A stretch of 64,000 nucleotides of DNA from Salpingoeca rosetta (Eukaryota > Protista > Choanoflagellata): positions 214,966-278,965 of the forward strand of contig JAWQFM010000029.1 of NCBI GenBank assembly GCA_033442325.1. Direction: 5' to 3'. The first letter of the stretch is position 1. Every line of letters begins with the position of its first letter. The notes below the pieces were generated by a model. The model saw only the letters and a program-made list of their open reading frames with translations, was not told where the DNA came from and did not search any database. Positions 58,327 through 64,000 of the stretch are shown one piece after another. Position numbers and translations under genes: made by a program.

Positions 58327-58862
58327 CGTCGTCGTTGTGGTCGTCATGGCTTCCTCCACGTTTGTGACTTTGCACCGATGAAAGCGAAGCTTGCACGACT
58401 GCAGAGCCGTCACAACCTGTCGAGGGTGATGTGATGCGTGGTGTATGATATGTGTGTGCATATGCGTACATGCAGATGAGTGTGTGAGTTGACCATGCAA
58501 CAATGCAACAATGCAGTGCAGTGACAAGTGTACAATACATGCGCGTGCACACATCTCACGTCCCTCCAGCTTTGCGATTACCCACCCCTTCATCTCTGGC
58601 GGCAACGGAAAACTCGTTGCTTGAGAGCGGCGTCACCGCGGAGCCGTCCTTGAGCGACAGTGCGCATTCCTGCCACAGAACCAATAAACCAGAGCAGGCA
58701 TCAACAATGTATGTGACAAGAGCAGCACGGCACCTTCCCTTGTGCCTGTTCACTACAGAAAGCACGTGAAATGTAATTGACTGCACACACAGCAAGCCAC
58801 CATCAACACCACTGCCGACAAGAAGAATAAGAAGAAAAACAACAAGCAAACAACCAACCAGC

Positions 58863-58915
<53 letters not shown>

Positions 58916-60083
58916 CTTAAACAACAACAACAACAACAACAACAACTTAAACAACAACAACAACAACTTAAACAACAACAACAGCAACAGCAACAACAAC
59001 AACAACAGCAACAACAACTTAAACAACAACAACAACAACAACAACAACAGCAACAACAACCAACCAACCAACAACAACAACCAACCAGCAACAACAGCAC
59101 CGCCACGGTCACGTACGTCAAGGCCGCAGTCGTCCTGGATGGCGTCGCGCAGCTGCTGCGAGAACTTGTCGAGCTGAGCGTCTGTGAACTGATCCAGCTG
59201 CTGCCCACGAAGACACTTGGTTGTCATCACGGCAGCTGCTGTGAAAGTCGTACCGTCGCACACGCCGGCATCTCCAGCAGCAACATATGCAACCTGCTTC
59301 AGCTTGCACTGCATGACCTCGATCTTGTTGGCGTCCAGGCAGGTCTCAATGGTTTGAACAACCTTGCAAAAGTGCGCGTTTGGGTGTTGGGAGGTGTGGT
59401 TGAGCGTGTGAGTGTGCGCGTGGATGCGTGCGTACGTGGTGGGGTGTACACAAACGCACAAAGAAGCAACGCGATCGCGCAATCACAAGCCAGAGCAAAG
59501 GAAACATGGGGGAGCGTACGGAAGCATTCTTGACAGGGATGTGAAGGGCATTGTCCAGGCCAGATACGGGGGTGATGTCAGAGCCAACAGCAGACTTCAG
59601 GTCACACTGTTAACAATGGTATGCGTGTGTGCATGTGTTTGTATTTGCGTGCGTGTGTGCGATTGATTGATTGTCAGTGTGAGGGTGTGCACGGGCATTA
59701 TTGTGGATGTGATATGCTTGAGCAAACACGTTCGATCAACGCCAAAGAAGCAGGCAAGCCAGCAAGTGAGCGATCGCATTCAGATAAGAAAGCCATCGTG
59801 CTATCGTGCATCCCATTGTTCCACACTCCCAGCATACAAACTTCCCCACCACAGACGACGTACTTGGGCAAGGCCGCATGTGGATGACAGCTGGGAAGCG
59901 AGCGTGGTGGCAAACTTGTCGAGGCGGCCTTGCTTGTACTCATGGATCTTCTTGGAACGAAGGCAGCGGAAGGTGAGCTGCGCCTCACCGTCGTATGTGG
60001 CCGTGCCACAGGGGGCCAGCAGAGGCCATGGCGGCGGCCATCAGTGCCACGATGATCACAAGCATGGCTGTTCTTGTTGCCAT
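57280..60083 (-). CDS. Secreted protein: two Cys-containing repeats, Thr stalk and beta-propeller (frameshift in a C5 run near 60011)
   Basis: Signal MATRTAMLVIIVALMAAAMASA, duplicated domain 'CLRSKK...LDKFATTL...CGL' / 'CLRGQQ...LDKFSQQL...CGL', poly-T, then W-x-G-x-x-x-A-x-DG-x-x-Y-x-x-P...VLxxDP repeats. Confidence 0.75.
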
Positions 60084-60889
60084 GGTGGGACGCATGAACA
60101 TGTCGATGAGAAGGGAGGAGCAAATGGTCTGATCGAAAGCGGCGGAGAAGAAAAAATGTGTTGTGTTGTACGTGCGTGCGTGCGTGCGTGCGTGGTTGTG
60201 ATCGGCTTGGACGAATGAATGGTGTGTTCTTCGGGCAAAAAGGTCGCGTGTTTTGGCCCTTTGTTTGTGCTGCCATGATGTAAAACCACCGCCTGAAGTC
60301 ATTTGGCCTACATGTGAGGAAAGTGAGCCAATCGTATGCCCACTACGCTCAGGCGTCATATCACAACATCACACACTGTGCCCATAAAACTGATGATGTC
60401 AAAAGAGAAACTCTGAAAATGATTTGATGCCGCCGCTGTACGTGTGCATCGTGTTGAGGATTTTACCGAGCTAGCGGCTGGCGCAGAGATGGAGGTCTGG
60501 GGAGGATCAGCAGTGCGAAATGACTAAATGAATGCATGAATGCATGAGTGCAAGCACACACCCACGTGTTGTGTGGCGCTGAGAAACACAATGACTGCTG
60601 TAGTACTGTGTGTGAAGTAGCAGTGTCAGTTATGTCATGCATGGTGGCATTGAAAGCCGAAGCAACAGGGCTCCTGGGGGTCGCTGGGGCGCTGTGTAGC
60701 TGCTCGTTGCTGCTCTGCTGCTGGTGGCAGTGGCATAGAGGCACAACAAGAGCCTGAAGTGCTGAGTGATGTGACATGCTGAGCAGAAGCAGAGCAGAGG
60801 AGCAGAGTTTCCAAGTTCTTGTGTGCGGGATGATGTTGTTTGTAGAAACATCAACCAAAACATGTCTAATTTTCGTCAACAAACCAACA

Positions 60890-61161
60890 ATGACGACGAT
60901 GGTTGTTGCGGCAAAGCAGATGATGTTGTTTGTTGTTCTGGCGCTGCTGGTGTTGGTGGCGCCATCGCCGTGCTGGGGTCAACAGCAGGTGGAGCCACAG
61001 ATTGAGGCGAAAAGTGGTAGCCTTCACCTGCACGCGCAGTCTGGTGATGTACACATGCACACGAGTCTGGGCTCTGCAACGTGGACGGACACCGTCAACG
61101 ACATTGGTTTGTGCTTGTGTGTTTGTTTGTGTTTGTGTGCGTGTGTGTGCGTGTGTGTTCG

Positions 61162-61201
<40 letters not shown>

Positions 61202-61332
61202 GTGTGTGTGTGTGTTGTTGTGTGTGTGTGTGNNNNNNNNNNNNNNNNNNNNNNNNNNNNNNNNNNNNNNNNNNNNNNNNNNNNNNNNNNNNNNNNNNNN
61301 NNNNNNNNNNNNNNNNNNNNNNNNNNNNNNNN

Positions 61333-61365
<33 letters not shown>

Positions 61366-64000
61366 GTGTGTGTGTGTGTGTTGTGTGTGTGTGTGTGTGT
61401 GTGTTTGTGTGTGTGTATTTGTGTGTGTGTGTTTGTGTGTGTTTGTGTGTGTGTTTATATAAGTGTGTGTTGTTTGTTAGTGCTGTGGTGCTTGCGTTTG
61501 TGTGTTTGCGCTGTTGTGCGTGGGTCTGTTTGTTTGTTAGTGTTGGCACTAATCCCATGTCACATCATTTGCGGTTTGTAACATCCTTCATCGTGTATTC
61601 TCTCGCACAGCATCCTTGCAGGGTCAAGTGCAGGAACTGCGGCGTGTGGCTCTGCAGCTGCTGGCACAAACGCCTGTGGATGTTGATGCACGTTTTGAAT
61701 CCCTGGCACAGGAGAACGCGGCGTTGCGACAACGCATGGACATGCTCGAAGGGTTCATTGCTGCGCAGCGCGAAGACATTGCCCTGCTGCAAACCCAGGT
61801 ATTGATTGTTGGGAAGGGAGAGGAGGCTGTGTATGTGTGTGTGTGTGCGTGTGTGCGTGTATATGCAAGTGTGTGCTTGCACGTGTGCGCGTGTGTGCGT
61901 GCATGTTTGGTCCTTCTCTCACACTCACACACACACACATACACTGCTTCTCCTTCCTCGCTGGCTATGTGTTGTTCCTTGACTTGCAATTGCGCTGACA
62001 GGTCCGTGACTTGGACGAGCAAAATGCTCGCGTCCAACCACTGATCGAGTAAGATGTCGTGATTGTGTGTCTTTGGTGTGAGCAACACCACCGTCAATCA
62101 CACTGAACGACCAGGCACAGCTGATGTTACGATGCTGCTGTTTGGTGCTCATGGCGATCAAAGCACGAATGCACGTATGGATCATGTAGCGAATGAACTG
62201 ATTGAAATGACTGACATTCATTCATTCATGAATGATGATGGTTGCTGCTGGTGATGCCACTGCAGGCCCATGGCGACTGTGGCGGAGGCCGTGTTTGGCG
62301 ACCTTGGCTTCCCGCGTGGATGGTCTGGTCCCGTCGCCACCGTCGTCCCAACAGAGAACGAGCGGCAGGCGTGGATTGCAACAGATCCCCAAATCACCGA
62401 GACCAGGTGCTGTTGCCGTTGTTGTTGATATGTGTGTGTGTATGTGTGTGTGTGTGTGTGTGTGTGCGTGCGTGCGTGCGTGTGTGTGTGTGTGTGTGCG
62501 TGTGTGTGTGCGTGTGTGTGTGTGTGTGTGTGCGGTTGTGGTTGTGGTTGTGGTTGTGATTGTGGTTGTGGTTGTGCGTATATTTTTTTTGGTAGTTTCC
62601 TTCGTGTGCATGTGCCATTCATAGTAGTGGCTGCCACGTGCCATTCATGTCCCACCCCACCCTTCACATCATCCCACCGTCATTGCATCTCACACCAACA
62701 CTCACACGCTCCCATCCACCTTCATCCTCTGCCCCCCTTCCCTTGCTCCCTCTCCACCCACCGCCAGCTGCGTCGAGTGTACATCGCCACCGTATTACAT
62801 CCATGGCCCCAACGGCGGGCGTGACTCGTATGCGCTCTCCTTCAACACCTTCCTCTCCTTCATGCACTACAAGTACCCGGATCGCCTCCCTGTCGACGGC
62901 ATCCGCCGCGCTGACACCGCAGGCCTGGTGCGGGGTGTGTGCGTATGTGCATGTGTGTGTGTCTGTGTGTGTCTGTGTGTGTCTGTGTGTGTCTGTGTGT
63001 GTCTGTGTGTGTGTGTGTGTCTGTGTGTGTGTGTGTGTTTGTGTGTGTCTGTGTGTGTCTGTGTGTGTCTGTGTGTGTGTGTCCTCTGTGTGTGTGTGTA
63101 TGTGTGTGTGTGTGCGGAAACCCGTGTTGCCCAAAGAGATGACAGCCCTATGCGTTCTCGCAAGCTGCCCTGTTCACCACCATGCCCCCTCCCTCTCCGC
63201 CTTGTGACAGCTGCGGGGCCAGAGCCTGTTCATCAGTGGGAATCAGCTCCGCGGTGAGACCGACACCAACTGCCCCCAGTTTCCAAACGGATGGTGCACC
63301 GGCGAGTCAATGAGGTGAGTTGGGGATCGGAGGAGTGGAGGGGAGGACGTGGCGTCTGGCAATTGAATGGTTAACGGTGCGCGTGTGTGTGTGTCTGTGT
63401 GCGTGCGTGCATACGTGCGTGCGTGTGTGTCTGTGTGTGACTCTCTGTGAACATTGATGTCGGCTCGCGCATTATGCTATGTGTGTTTTGTCTTGTCGGC
63501 TTTTGCAACCATGCTGTTCTTCGGTGCTTTCCTGCACTTGCCTACACACTCTCGTTTCTTATGATCTCACTCACGCACTCACTCATTTACGCACTCACTC
63601 ACGCACGCACATGCACACACACACATACATACATGCATACAAACGCAGCGCTGCGGACATCTATGTGTCGACCGTTCGCGCCGTCGCCCCCACCACGATG
63701 CACGCCCCGGCAACACAGCCCATCTTCGTGCCAAACACCAACGGGTCTCTCGACATCACCGACAAGCTCACCGTCGAGGTGTGGGTCAAGGTACGTGATG
63801 TCATCTGTGTGCGTATGTGTGTGTGTGTGTGCGTGTGTGCGGGTGTGCGTGCGTGTGTGTGTATGTGTGGGTGTGCGTGCGTATGTGCGTTCATGTGTGT
63901 TTGTTTGTTTTTGTTGCGACAGTGCACGTCGCGCACTTTGACCTACCAGTCTGTGATTGCGCCGTGCGCTGACACCCGCTCCATCATCCAAACAACACCA
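60890..64000 (+). CDS. Secreted coiled-coil protein with a possible LamG/ConA-like domain (partial, runs off the window)
   Basis: Signal peptide [19 protein letters not shown], coiled-coil exon 61611-61798 and later exon '[15 protein letters not shown]'. Confidence 0.55.

Overview
Eukaryotic genomic DNA: GT-AG introns packed with (CA)n/(TG)n microsatellites, GC-rich exons and four N gaps. Cadherin/EGF sequence plus a bacterial-type dapF suggests a choanoflagellate such as Salpingoeca (inference only). Ordinary genes are an ARM-repeat protein, dapF, an EXS-family protein, a UBXN4-like protein, COX7C, transportin-3, MON1, an LRR protein and three secreted proteins. The notable part is an accessory region at about 8.3-25 kb. 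On the minus strand, a spliced XPG/FEN1/Exo1-family nuclease (ATG 14432) runs directly into a very large Fanzor2/TnpB-like RuvC nuclease (stop 9061) that also carries a CCHC zinc knuckle. Reading the two as one protein needs two apparent 1-nt frameshifts. Upstream is a ~1.3 kb array of a 29-bp palindromic/UUCG-hairpin repeat. Downstream is a compact three-way-junction plus pseudoknot fold (8351-8407), a candidate omegaRNA 3' scaffold that abuts a likely 5' splice site in the dapF leader. Beyond the array are a 2OG-Fe(II)-oxygenase-like fragment and a decayed cadherin-EGF-Sushi locus with an internal micro-inversion. All family calls come from motif recognition by eye; no database search was run.
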